From: Candidatus Levyibacteriota bacterium
GTDB taxonomy: Bacteria; Patescibacteriota; Microgenomatia; Levybacterales; UBA12049
Length of the DNA stretch: 64,000 bases
Direction of reading: 5' to 3'
NCBI GenBank assembly: GCA_016186625.1
Contig: JACPLG010000007.1
Span: forward strand, 10,426 to 74,425
Part shown: positions 1 to 7,658 of the stretch, piece after piece
Numbering within the stretch: position 1 is the stretch's first letter
Layout: each line of letters opens with the position of its first letter
Position numbers and translations under genes: made by a program
The notes under the pieces: model-generated
The model's input: only the letters and a program-made list of their open reading frames with translations
What the model was told of the DNA's origin: nothing
The model's database searches: none

Positions 1-111
1 GCGGGTCAAGAGGGAGATTCACTAGCAGATTATGATAGATGCTACCGTCAAGTTGTGTTGTGTGGGGTCAAGAGGCAGCCTGAGGTTATATTGAAAGGTG
101 AAAAAAATAAC

Positions 112-636
112 TTACCTACTCGCGCATGTGCCAACTGGTCGCCCAGTGGGCATACAAAAACCGCTACGACACTGGCTGTGATCAGTACAAGCGCTGCCGT
201 TTGTTAAACCCCCTCCTCCACCGCCCCCGCTGAGACTGGGAATGCTAAGGTTTCTTATGCTTTCAAGGCCAAAGAAGGTGAATAAGAAGTTGATTATAAA
301 GAATGCCAGAAATACGAGTATCAATCCCACCACAGAAGCAACAATTGTACCTCTGGCTTCCTCAACTTTTGTCTTATCTCCTCCTGAGAGAATCCAGCGG
401 ATACCGCCAAATATTAAAAATGCCAGGGCAATTAAGACAGCCAAAATGAATGCCAATGTTACCAGCTTTCCAATAAATCCTCCTGAAAGAGTAAAGTTGC
501 ACAGTGTTCCAAAACCCACCCCGCCTCCTCTTACGCAAGGATTTACATTTGTTTGTGCAAAGACAGGAGAAGTTATGGCGAAAAATGAAAAAATAAAAAA
601 TAAAAAAGAGGAACCTGCGGCAATTAGCTTTCTCAT
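112..636 (-). CDS. CPR-type pilin (TrbC/VirB2-like) with C-terminal Gly linker and Cys-rich domain
   Basis: Signal peptide ending VFAQ; pilin motif FLIFGGIRWILSGGDKTKVEEARGTIVASVVG; tail GGGGGG-LTNGSACTDHSQCRSGFC; start trimmed to ATG 636. Confidence 0.75.
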   Translation of the reverse strand: MRKLIAAGSSFLFFIFSFFAITSPVFAQTNVNPCVRGGGVGFGTLCNFTLSGGFIGKLVTLAFILAVLIALAFLIFGGIRWILSGGDKTKVEEARGTIVASVVGLILVFLAFFIINFLFTFFGLESIRNLSIPSLSGGGGGGGLTNGSACTDHSQCRSGFCMPTGRPVGTCASR

Positions 637-703
637 ACTTAATTCGATCGTAGAAGAATTCCTCAGGTTTGTCAAGGAGAGAGCTAATAGCTAAACTAAA
701 AGG

Positions 704-2194
704 ATGCAACTTGTTAAAATAAATAAATTTAATTTTCTGATATTAATTTCTGCTTTCTTGCTCTTTTTTGCAATAGGAACCCTTTTTCTTGACCCTGATT
801 TTGGGTGGCATATGAAAATGGGGGAGCTGATGCTTGCAAAAGGAATCCCCAAGAATGACCCCTTTTCCTACACTATGCCAAGTTACCCTTTTGTGGATCA
901 TGAGTGGCTCACGGATATTATTCTTTATCTTATCTACCAAAATATCGGATATGCCTCACTTGCAGTACTTTTTGGCCTAATAGCAGTTCTATCAATACTA
1001 ATAATGTTTAGATCAAGACAAGATCAATCCTACTTCCTCGTACCTTTTATACTCGGCGCAGGATCACTTTTGCCATCCTCGGGAGTAAGGCCCCAGGTTA
1101 TCTCCTGGCTATTTTTTTCTATTTTAGTAAGCTTCTTTTTTGATGAGAAAATCTATAAACGACTTCGTATATTTCTTCCAGTCTTTTTTCTTGCGTGGGC
1201 AAATCTTCACGGAGGATTTGCCATAGGAATTTTTACGCTCGCAACATTTATATTCTTTAAATTTCTGAAGGATAAAAAGATAAATTTTATAGATATATGG
1301 GTAGTTATTTTTTGCGCTCTAGCAACTTTAATAAATCCCTACGGTATAAATCTTTGGAAAGAAATTTATATGTCAGCCTCAGATTCATCTCTTAGATGGG
1401 GAATCCAGGAATGGGCTCCGGCATTCTTTTTCTTTAATGTCCCTCTCATAACACTTGTTTGCCTTTCAGCGTTTCTTGTCATAAGATTTAGAAAAAATTT
1501 TGGACTTTTTGAAAAAGCTCTCTATTTGGGTTTACTTTTAGCCGGATTATCAAGCGTTAGGCACATGCCATTTTTTGTCCTAGTTAGCCTGCCTCTACTT
1601 TCAAAAAGCATAGGTTTTTTGGGCAAAGAGGCAGAAAGAGTCAAATATGGAAGGCAAAGGTTTAAAAAAGCCTACACTTTTATGGTGGCTCTTTCAATTT
1701 TTACCGTAATTGTGCCGCTTGTGTCAGGAAAAGATCTCTTATTTTCCAGACAAAGCGCATATCCTGCAGATGCTTTAGGCTATTTAAAACGCAATCCTGG
1801 TAGCGGTAATTTATTTTCAGAATATGGTTGGGGAGGATATCTTATATGGAGGTATCCCGAGAAAAAAGTTTTTATAGACGGAAGAATGCCCAGCTGGCGG
1901 TGGCAGGCTGATATAAAAAATGAAAGCAATTACGCCTTCAAAGAATACAAGGATTTAATGAATGGGAAATCAAAGCTTAGTTATGCCATTAATAAATATA
2001 ATATAGATACATTTTTACTTCCTGTTCAAGTAAAAAAAGAGCTATCATATCCTGAACTTTTATTTGAGCGGCTTGAAAATAAAATATTTAGAAAAGAAAA
2101 ATATGATAATATTTATATCCAGCTAGAAAGGGAGGGCTGGAATGTTGTCTACCAGGATAAAGTTGCAATTGTTTATAGAAAGAGTAGATTATAA
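704..2194 (+). CDS. Multi-pass GT-C superfamily glycosyltransferase-like membrane protein
   Basis: DPDFGWH, DHEWL, WANLHGGF, YGWGGYL and VFIDGR motifs; many TM segments. Confidence 0.65.
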   Translation: MQLVKINKFNFLILISAFLLFFAIGTLFLDPDFGWHMKMGELMLAKGIPKNDPFSYTMPSYPFVDHEWLTDIILYLIYQNIGYASLAVLFGLIAVLSILIMFRSRQDQSYFLVPFILGAGSLLPSSGVRPQVISWLFFSILVSFFFDEKIYKRLRIFLPVFFLAWANLHGGFAIGIFTLATFIFFKFLKDKKINFIDIWVVIFCALATLINPYGINLWKEIYMSASDSSLRWGIQEWAPAFFFFNVPLITLVCLSAFLVIRFRKNFGLFEKALYLGLLLAGLSSVRHMPFFVLVSLPLLSKSIGFLGKEAERVKYGRQRFKKAYTFMVALSIFTVIVPLVSGKDLLFSRQSAYPADALGYLKRNPGSGNLFSEYGWGGYLIWRYPEKKVFIDGRMPSWRWQADIKNESNYAFKEYKDLMNGKSKLSYAINKYNIDTFLLPVQVKKELSYPELLFERLENKIFRKEKYDNIYIQLEREGWNVVYQDKVAIVYRKSRL

Positions 2195-2199
2195 TTATA

Positions 2200-2233
2200 A
2201 AATCCGAATATCGAAATTCGAAATCCGAAACAA
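2200..2233. repeat. AAATCCG-type heptamer repeat arm (family C)
   Basis: aaatccgaatatcgaaattcgaaatccgaaacaa. Confidence 0.7.
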
Positions 2234-2239
2234 CAATGG

Positions 2240-2339
2240 TCAGAATACTCGGATGATTACTAAGATAGTTCAGAAGACTCAGAATACTCAGACCACCGGA
2301 GCATCAGAGAGTCCGACTAACAGAAAACCAGAAGACCTG
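2240..2339. repeat. Left arm of ~9-mer TCAGA repeat element (family A) upstream of four-helix-bundle gene
   Basis: tcagaatactcggatgattact...tcagaagactcagaatactcaga...; related copies at 15241, 24031, 27345. Confidence 0.8.
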
Positions 2340-2352
2340 TTATTATAAGTTA

Positions 2353-2713
2353 ATGATCAGGGATGTAATTGATCTTGAAGTATATAAAGAATCGCTACGA
2401 CTTCTTAAAAAACTTTATCCTCAAAAAAGTACCCAAATCTGAATATGATTCTGTTATCCAATCTAAGAAATGTGGAAAATCAATTCCTTCGAATATTGCA
2501 GAGGGGTGGGCGAAGAGATCATCTGAAGCTGAGTTTAAAAGATTTTTGAAAATTGCAATTGGCTCAAGCGATGAATTAATCTCACATTTGCGAACAATCG
2601 CCATTGCAGTCCCAAGATTATTAGAAGAGGCAAAAGAGCTCGTTGAAGACTACAAAGTATTATCTAAAAGAATTAATAAACTTCATTCGATCTGGAGATC
2701 TGGCACATTCTGA
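2353..2713 (+). pseudogene. Frameshifted four-helix-bundle protein (TIGR02436/23S rRNA IVP-like)
   Basis: ATG 2353 reads MIRDVIDLEVYKESLRLLKKLY then stops; the +1 frame continues LKKVPKSE...SIPSNIAEGWAKRSSEAEFKRFLKIAIGSSDE...IWRSGTF. Confidence 0.75.
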
Positions 2714-2762
2714 TTTTCTGACATTCTGGATTTCTGAGTTTTCCGAGTTTTCAGAAATATTT
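2709..2762. repeat. Right (inverted) arm of family A element
   Basis: tctgattttctgacattctggatttctgagttttccgagttttcaga. Confidence 0.8.
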
Positions 2763-2795
2763 CAAATTGAAAATTAACAGTCTTTTGTCCAGCGT

Positions 2796-3128
2796 CTATC
2801 TTGGAACTGTGATTCCCAGTAGCTTTACGCCAAGAAAGTCGCCGATTGTATTTATTATAAAAAAAGCAAGAAAAGCAATTATGAGTCCAATTAGAGCGTA
2901 AACTAGTCTATTTCTGGCGGCCTCAATTTTTTGTTTGTCTCCGCCGGAAGTTATCCACTGGATCCCTCCCCAAATAAGAAAAAAGAGAGAAGTTATGCTT
3001 ATGGCAATAAAAAGAACAGTTACGCCCCATCTAAGAACATCAACAGCTGTTCCAAGGCCGCCGCTTGGCATCCCTCTAACAGGGTTAATGGAATAATCCC
3101 CGGGTAAATTAAAAGCAAGACGTTCCAT
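2796..3128 (-). CDS. CPR-type pilin (TrbC/VirB2-like)
   Basis: FFLIWGGIQWITSGGDKQKIEAARNRLVYALIG motif; start trimmed to ATG 3128. Confidence 0.8.
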   Translation of the reverse strand: MERLAFNLPGDYSINPVRGMPSGGLGTAVDVLRWGVTVLFIAISITSLFFLIWGGIQWITSGGDKQKIEAARNRLVYALIGLIIAFLAFFIINTIGDFLGVKLLGITVPR

Positions 3129-3132
3129 AGTT

Positions 3133-3177
3133 AAATTCAAAAGTCAAAAGTTAAAAGTCAAAAGTTAAAGTAAAAAT
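3133..3177. repeat. TCAAAAG heptamer arm (family B) flanking four-helix-bundle gene
   Basis: ttcaaaagtcaaaagttaaaagtcaaaagttaaagtaaaa. Confidence 0.8.
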
Positions 3178-3178
3178 G

Positions 3179-3553
3179 TTAAAAGTTTTTTGCCTTAAGC
3201 TTTATAACTCCTGAACCAAGCATATTTGCTATTTCTGTGACTTCTGCCAGTAATTCTTCTATTTTATAGGCTTCTGTAAGCTTAGCATCACTTAGAAGAT
3301 TAAGCCAATATTTAGTTTCATTTGCACTTTTTAAAGCAATTTCATAATATTTTTTGAACTCTAATCTGGAGCTAGATGCGCGAGCTTCTACTAAATTCGC
3401 TCCAATAGAAGTTGCAGAACGGATTAATTGGTCTGCTATTATCCATGCGCTTCTCTTGTTGGGTAAGCTATCTGTTAGCTTGATAACATTTAGACTGAAT
3501 TTATAACAGCGTTCAACAAGATCGATTTTGAATTTTGAATTTAATTTTTGCAT
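3179..3553 (-). CDS. Four-helix-bundle protein (TIGR02436-like)
   Basis: QLIRSATSIGANLVEARASSSRLEFKKYYEIALKSANETKYWL; start at ATG 3553. Confidence 0.9.
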   Translation of the reverse strand: MQKLNSKFKIDLVERCYKFSLNVIKLTDSLPNKRSAWIIADQLIRSATSIGANLVEARASSSRLEFKKYYEIALKSANETKYWLNLLSDAKLTEAYKIEELLAEVTEIANMLGSGVIKLKAKNF

Positions 3554-3574
3554 TTTGCCTTTTGAATTTTGACT
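3526..3574. repeat. Inverted TTTTGAA heptamer arm (family B)
   Basis: ttttgaattttgaatttaatttttgcattttgccttttgaattttgact; overlaps the gene start. Confidence 0.8.
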
Positions 3575-3578
3575 TGTA

Positions 3579-4487
3579 TTACCCGCCGAAGCCGGGTAAC
3601 CCCAGTATATCTCTTGTAATAAGTTCAAGTATAACAAGGGAGAATATGATAAAGAGAAGTCCAACAATTGCAGCCGTAAGCTGGTCTCTGGCATTTTTTA
3701 TTTTCTCAGGATCTCCCGCAGAAGTCATAAGACGGTATCCTGAGATAATTATAATAAGAATTACAATTGCTCCTGAAATACTTAAAACAAATCCTAAGAC
3801 CCAGCGTGTAAAATTATTTGCAGAAGTACCCACCCATCCAAAAGCAGTCTTTATTCTCACACACCCTCTCTCAAAACTACTATTCGCATCACTACAAGGC
3901 TTTGACAGAGGCTGATTGGGCTCCGTTACTGACCCCGGCCTAGCTGTTGGAGGCGTCTCTTTTGTCTCGCATTTTCCATTGATATCCAAATAAGGGTCTT
4001 TATCTCTATTAAATAGATGACCATCTCTATCAAGGCAATATCTCGTAGAGCAATCAGCTTCATCCCCCTCTCTACATTGTGCATTTGAGGTGCAGTTGTT
4101 TCGCACATTTTCGCACTGTCCAGGATCTGGCAAATCTGAGGGAGAGCAGCCTCCTATTTGGCGGCAAACTGGCTCTGAGTCAGTACACACCTCTTCATTT
4201 ACAACAGGAATAAGTAGATCCATTCTTGCTTCATGGTCTGTGCTCTCATAAAGACAATAAGGCGGCGGAGGATTACCGATACCTATTTGATCGGGGTCAC
4301 AATCATAGGCTTTCCCGCATTGTGCTGCAATCCCATCAAATATTTGTGGAGTTTTGTAGCCACTTTTTAAAGGGCAGAAGTTCTCACATTTATCACCTGC
4401 TGCGCCTAAAGCTGTTTTAGGGTTTAAATATGCAAAGGAGGCTAGCAGAATAAAAAAAGAGATTAATGCAAGCAGGATTTTTCTCAT
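3579..4487 (-). CDS. Pilin-like protein with long Cys-rich N-terminal extracellular domain
   Basis: Signal peptide; many Cys; C-terminal IIISGYRLMTSAGDPEKIKNARDQLTAAIVG pilin motif. Confidence 0.75.
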   Translation of the reverse strand: MRKILLALISFFILLASFAYLNPKTALGAAGDKCENFCPLKSGYKTPQIFDGIAAQCGKAYDCDPDQIGIGNPPPPYCLYESTDHEARMDLLIPVVNEEVCTDSEPVCRQIGGCSPSDLPDPGQCENVRNNCTSNAQCREGDEADCSTRYCLDRDGHLFNRDKDPYLDINGKCETKETPPTARPGSVTEPNQPLSKPCSDANSSFERGCVRIKTAFGWVGTSANNFTRWVLGFVLSISGAIVILIIIISGYRLMTSAGDPEKIKNARDQLTAAIVGLLFIIFSLVILELITRDILGLPGFGG

Positions 4488-4564
4488 CCCGTTAGAAAAC
4501 CTCCTTTCTAATGTTGACTATTGAGGTTTTAGTTTGCTGATTTAAAAACATTTTTCTAACGGGA
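4487..4564. mobile_element. MITE-like element with 13-bp perfect terminal inverted repeats
   Basis: TCCCGTTAGAAAA (4487-4499) ... TTTTCTAACGGGA (4552-4564). Confidence 0.5.
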
Positions 4565-4793
4565 CTCACAACTTTATCGTAATTAAAAAACTTGATTAAC
4601 GCAAGTTTTTTAATTAGAAGGTAGGTGATAGAGCATAGAAGGTAGATTACGGAGGGTAGAAGATGGAAAATGGAATACGGATAAGGAATTTGAAATTTTT
4701 AGTTTTCAATTTCCCGCCTGCCATTGCAAGCAAGGCTTTGCGGGCAGGTCGAATTGAAAATTGTTTTACTGCGTGGTGTGGTATAATCATGCC

Positions 4794-4964
4794 ATGAAAA
4801 AAAATTTTCCTTCATTAATAAAACAATACGCCAAAATGTCTGGAGATACCAAAATTAGACTTGGTCTTTCTCTCTCTCGAACAGTCAGAAAAGTAAGACA
4901 AGACGGCATTAGTGATGCTCAGAAATACCATGGAAACGGAAACCGATCAGGGATTACTCCTTAA
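4794..4964 (+). CDS. Small protein, putative partner/antitoxin of downstream nucleotidyltransferase
   Basis: TGGTATAAT 6 nt before ATG 4794; overlaps next gene. Confidence 0.5.
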   Translation: MKKNFPSLIKQYAKMSGDTKIRLGLSLSRTVRKVRQDGISDAQKYHGNGNRSGITP

Positions 4965-5517
4965 AGAAATCACTTTATTTTTAGGCAAGAATAAAATCCC
5001 CTATATGATCACAGGTGCATGGAGTGTAATTTTTTATGCAAGGCCCCGCGCTTCTCATGACATTGATTTTGTGGTAGAGATGCATGAGAGAGATTTAGAT
5101 AAAATATTAAAGATTTTTGAAAGATTACCCAAAGAATTTCTCGTGCAGCCCGAGCAGATTAAAGACGCCATTTTAAACAAGGGAATGTTTAACATTCTTC
5201 ATTTGCCAACAGCGTTAAAGCTCGATTTCTGGATGCTGGGAAATGGTAAATTCAATAAAAGCCGTTTCTTACGAAAGAAAAGAAAGAGTATTTTAGGGCA
5301 ATTTATGTATATAGCAAGTCCTGAAGACACTATTCTTAAAAAGCTGTTTTGGTACGAGGAATCAAAAATAGAGAAACACTTAATAGATGCTGCATTTGTA
5401 TATCAAATTCAGAATAAAAATCTCGACAAGGCTTATCTATCCAAATGGGCAAAAAAACATAAAATACAAAAGTTACTGGGAGAATTAAAATCGATAGACC
5501 TGGAGTCTTACTACTAA
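4930..5517 (+). CDS. Nucleotidyltransferase-like protein (Pol-beta superfamily)
   Basis: YMITGAWSV..Y..PRASHDIDFVV, KLDFW and SPEDTILKKL motifs. Confidence 0.75.
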   Translation: METETDQGLLLKEITLFLGKNKIPYMITGAWSVIFYARPRASHDIDFVVEMHERDLDKILKIFERLPKEFLVQPEQIKDAILNKGMFNILHLPTALKLDFWMLGNGKFNKSRFLRKKRKSILGQFMYIASPEDTILKKLFWYEESKIEKHLIDAAFVYQIQNKNLDKAYLSKWAKKHKIQKLLGELKSIDLESYY

Positions 5518-5525
5518 ATATTTTT

Positions 5526-5640
5526 TAAATCCCAACTGTAATTATCTAATCCTAAACAATATCCAAATTTGAATTTTAAAATTTTTTGATCATTTTAATT
5601 TGTTTCGGATTTCGTATTTAGGATTTCGAATTTGAAATTT
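5526..5640. repeat. Family C inverted-repeat hairpin element (empty)
   Basis: aaatcccaa...aatcctaaacaa ... ttgtttcggatttcgtatttaggatttcgaattt. Confidence 0.65.
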
Positions 5641-6997
5641 ACGGATTAAATTTGAATCCTCTTCCTTTCACGGTCTGAATGTGTTGAGGTTGGTTGGGGT
5701 TTTCTTCTATCTTTTTCCTGACTCTAAAAATTAGTTGGTCTAGGGCTTGTTCACTTACCCCTGCTGTTGAGGAAAGGTCTGCCCAGACAGCATTAATTAT
5801 CTCATCTCTTTCAAGGATTTTTCCTGAGTTCTGTGCCATGAATTTTAAAAGTTTAAACTCAGAAGAAGTGAGCCCTTCGGATATGATAATCTCGCCTTTC
5901 CTGATTTCATTAGCTTGTTCATCGAAAACAATGTCTTGGCTTTTGGTTTCAATTTGATCTTTTGCAAAAGCTTCAAGCAGAGGTACGGTAATTTTTCCAT
6001 CCTTAATTAGACCAACTTTTTCAAGATGGGCAAGCTCAGAACTAGACGCTAGACGCTGATCACTAGACGCTAGTAGGCCTTGCTCATATGGGGAGAGTGA
6101 GCTCCAAATTTCATCCAAAACGGCACGTACTCGGTTTTGATTCATGAGAAAACCGAGTAAATTGTTCGATTGTTTCATTGTCTCATTGCTGTTTAAACAG
6201 GATTCGATGCTAACTAGCCATAATTTACCTAATCCCCCTGTAATCTTAGTTACTTCATCAAGGACTTTTTTATCTACACTTTTCCCTGTTGTTTTTTTAA
6301 GATATGAAAGTCTGAATTCCCTTATTTTCTCATCTCCCAGAGTTAAATAGACCAAATTTCCGACTAAAAATTCATAAAAAGAGGAAATAATTTCTGTCCC
6401 AACAGTATCCTCAAGCGGGCGATTGAGAGGAAAAACGCATGAGAAGCGGTATTTGGCTCTATCTCTAAGGACTCGTAAATGGTCAAAAAAGACAGGTTCC
6501 AAAACTCCCACGTATTCTTCAAATCGATCGAACAGTAAGATTAGGCTCAGTTCTTTTTCAAGACAGAGGTAATCAATTGTTTTCTTAAGGCCCTGGAAAA
6601 TCACCATTTCATCGCCTGATTTTAAGCCTTGGTCAAACAGCTCCTTAACACTCTTATGTTCCTCGTTCATTTTTCGGGCAGACAATGACTCAAGGATTTC
6701 AAGGAAAATATATTTTGTTGAGTCTGCTAAAGGCCTTTTTTTAATTTCTGCAAAATTCATCATCACAAAGTGAAACCATTTCTGGTTTTCTCCCAGATGA
6801 AGCTTGCGAACTGAATGATTGTATGCCAGGATCCGAAGAACATTTGATCTTCCCACTCCCCGAAGTGAAATCACCTGGCAGGAATTACCGCTTTTAAAAA
6901 AAGAGAGAATCTTCTCAATCTCCTCAAAACGCGAATCAGCGGGATAGAGACTCTCGAAGTGAGTCGTTTCCATTGTTCCATTATTCAATTGTTTCAT
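5639..6997 (-). CDS. AAA-like P-loop domain fused to OmpR/PhoB-type winged-helix DNA-binding domain
   Basis: SLRGVGRS P-loop, LLFDRFE Walker B; C-terminal LTSSEFKLL...ALDQLIFRVRKKIE...IQTVKGRGFKF; true start may be 6973. Confidence 0.8.
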   Translation of the reverse strand: MKQLNNGTMETTHFESLYPADSRFEEIEKILSFFKSGNSCQVISLRGVGRSNVLRILAYNHSVRKLHLGENQKWFHFVMMNFAEIKKRPLADSTKYIFLEILESLSARKMNEEHKSVKELFDQGLKSGDEMVIFQGLKKTIDYLCLEKELSLILLFDRFEEYVGVLEPVFFDHLRVLRDRAKYRFSCVFPLNRPLEDTVGTEIISSFYEFLVGNLVYLTLGDEKIREFRLSYLKKTTGKSVDKKVLDEVTKITGGLGKLWLVSIESCLNSNETMKQSNNLLGFLMNQNRVRAVLDEIWSSLSPYEQGLLASSDQRLASSSELAHLEKVGLIKDGKITVPLLEAFAKDQIETKSQDIVFDEQANEIRKGEIIISEGLTSSEFKLLKFMAQNSGKILERDEIINAVWADLSSTAGVSEQALDQLIFRVRKKIEENPNQPQHIQTVKGRGFKFNP

Positions 6998-7001
6998 TGT
7001 T

Positions 7002-7541
7002 CTAAAAGCTAAGACGCTTAATTCGCTTTCTAAAAAGGTTTTCGGTGTATCCGCCTTCCTCTATAAAGCTTTTTTCCAAAGACTGAATTTGCCTATCCAA
7101 AAGATAATTAGCTTGATTTATTAGGCAAATTAAGCAGTTAGCCGCAGTTTCGGGAGACTTCAGATAGGACCTATAGGTCTCATATGACTTATCAGTCTTA
7201 TAGGTCAGATTTCTAATTTCCCAAGCACGCGGATCATCCTTGTCCCAAATTTTAAGTCCTCGTTGTCTTAAGAAATCCTCATAATCTAGTAGAAGTTCTT
7301 CAAGAGAGGCTCTGGCAACGCCCACAAGCTTTATTTCTGATTTCTTTGAAGTACCTGATGCCTGAGATCCCTCTGCTATATTTTGTCTCCCTGATCTTGC
7401 AGCCTGAACCATTTGGTCATAAGTTCTTGAGGTTTTCTTTATATATAAATTACAGAATTCAGCAGTCAGATCATAAATCAAAGTAGCTGTTTGATAAGAC
7501 TTGAGATTTCGGTATCCTCCATGAGCTTTCTGCTTTTGCAT
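7002..7541 (-). CDS. Four-helix-bundle protein with suffix domain (TIGR04258-like)
   Basis: GGYRNLKSYQ, DQMVQAARSGRQNIAEGS, VARASLEELLLDYEDFLRQR, FIEEGGYTENL. Confidence 0.9.
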   Translation of the reverse strand: MQKQKAHGGYRNLKSYQTATLIYDLTAEFCNLYIKKTSRTYDQMVQAARSGRQNIAEGSQASGTSKKSEIKLVGVARASLEELLLDYEDFLRQRGLKIWDKDDPRAWEIRNLTYKTDKSYETYRSYLKSPETAANCLICLINQANYLLDRQIQSLEKSFIEEGGYTENLFRKRIKRLSF

Positions 7542-7658
7542 GGATCAATTATAGTTCATTAATCTTTAATCTTAAATCATTAATCTGAGGAAATCTGTAA
7601 AGTTTTTATAAGGCAAATATCAAGGCAAAATGTTTACTTAGAGATAGAATGCTCGCAT

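Noticed and set aside
3-75. GGGTCAAGAGG direct repeat at window start
   Set aside because: Only two 11-bp copies at the window edge, with too little context to interpret.
242-694. Antisense shadow ORFs throughout the track
   Set aside because: They fully overlap well-supported genes on the opposite strand.
2142-2348. Short ORFs over repeats (also 26584-26781, 27213-27521, 51671-51958)
   Set aside because: They are translations of repeat or hairpin DNA with no protein features.
2240-2762. CRISPR array
   Set aside because: The repeats are degenerate 7-9-mers without unique spacers of constant length, and no cas genes are present.
2353-7541. Diversity-generating retroelement (four-helix bundles resemble Avd)
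   Set aside because: No reverse transcriptase and no TR/VR pair differing at adenines was seen in the window.
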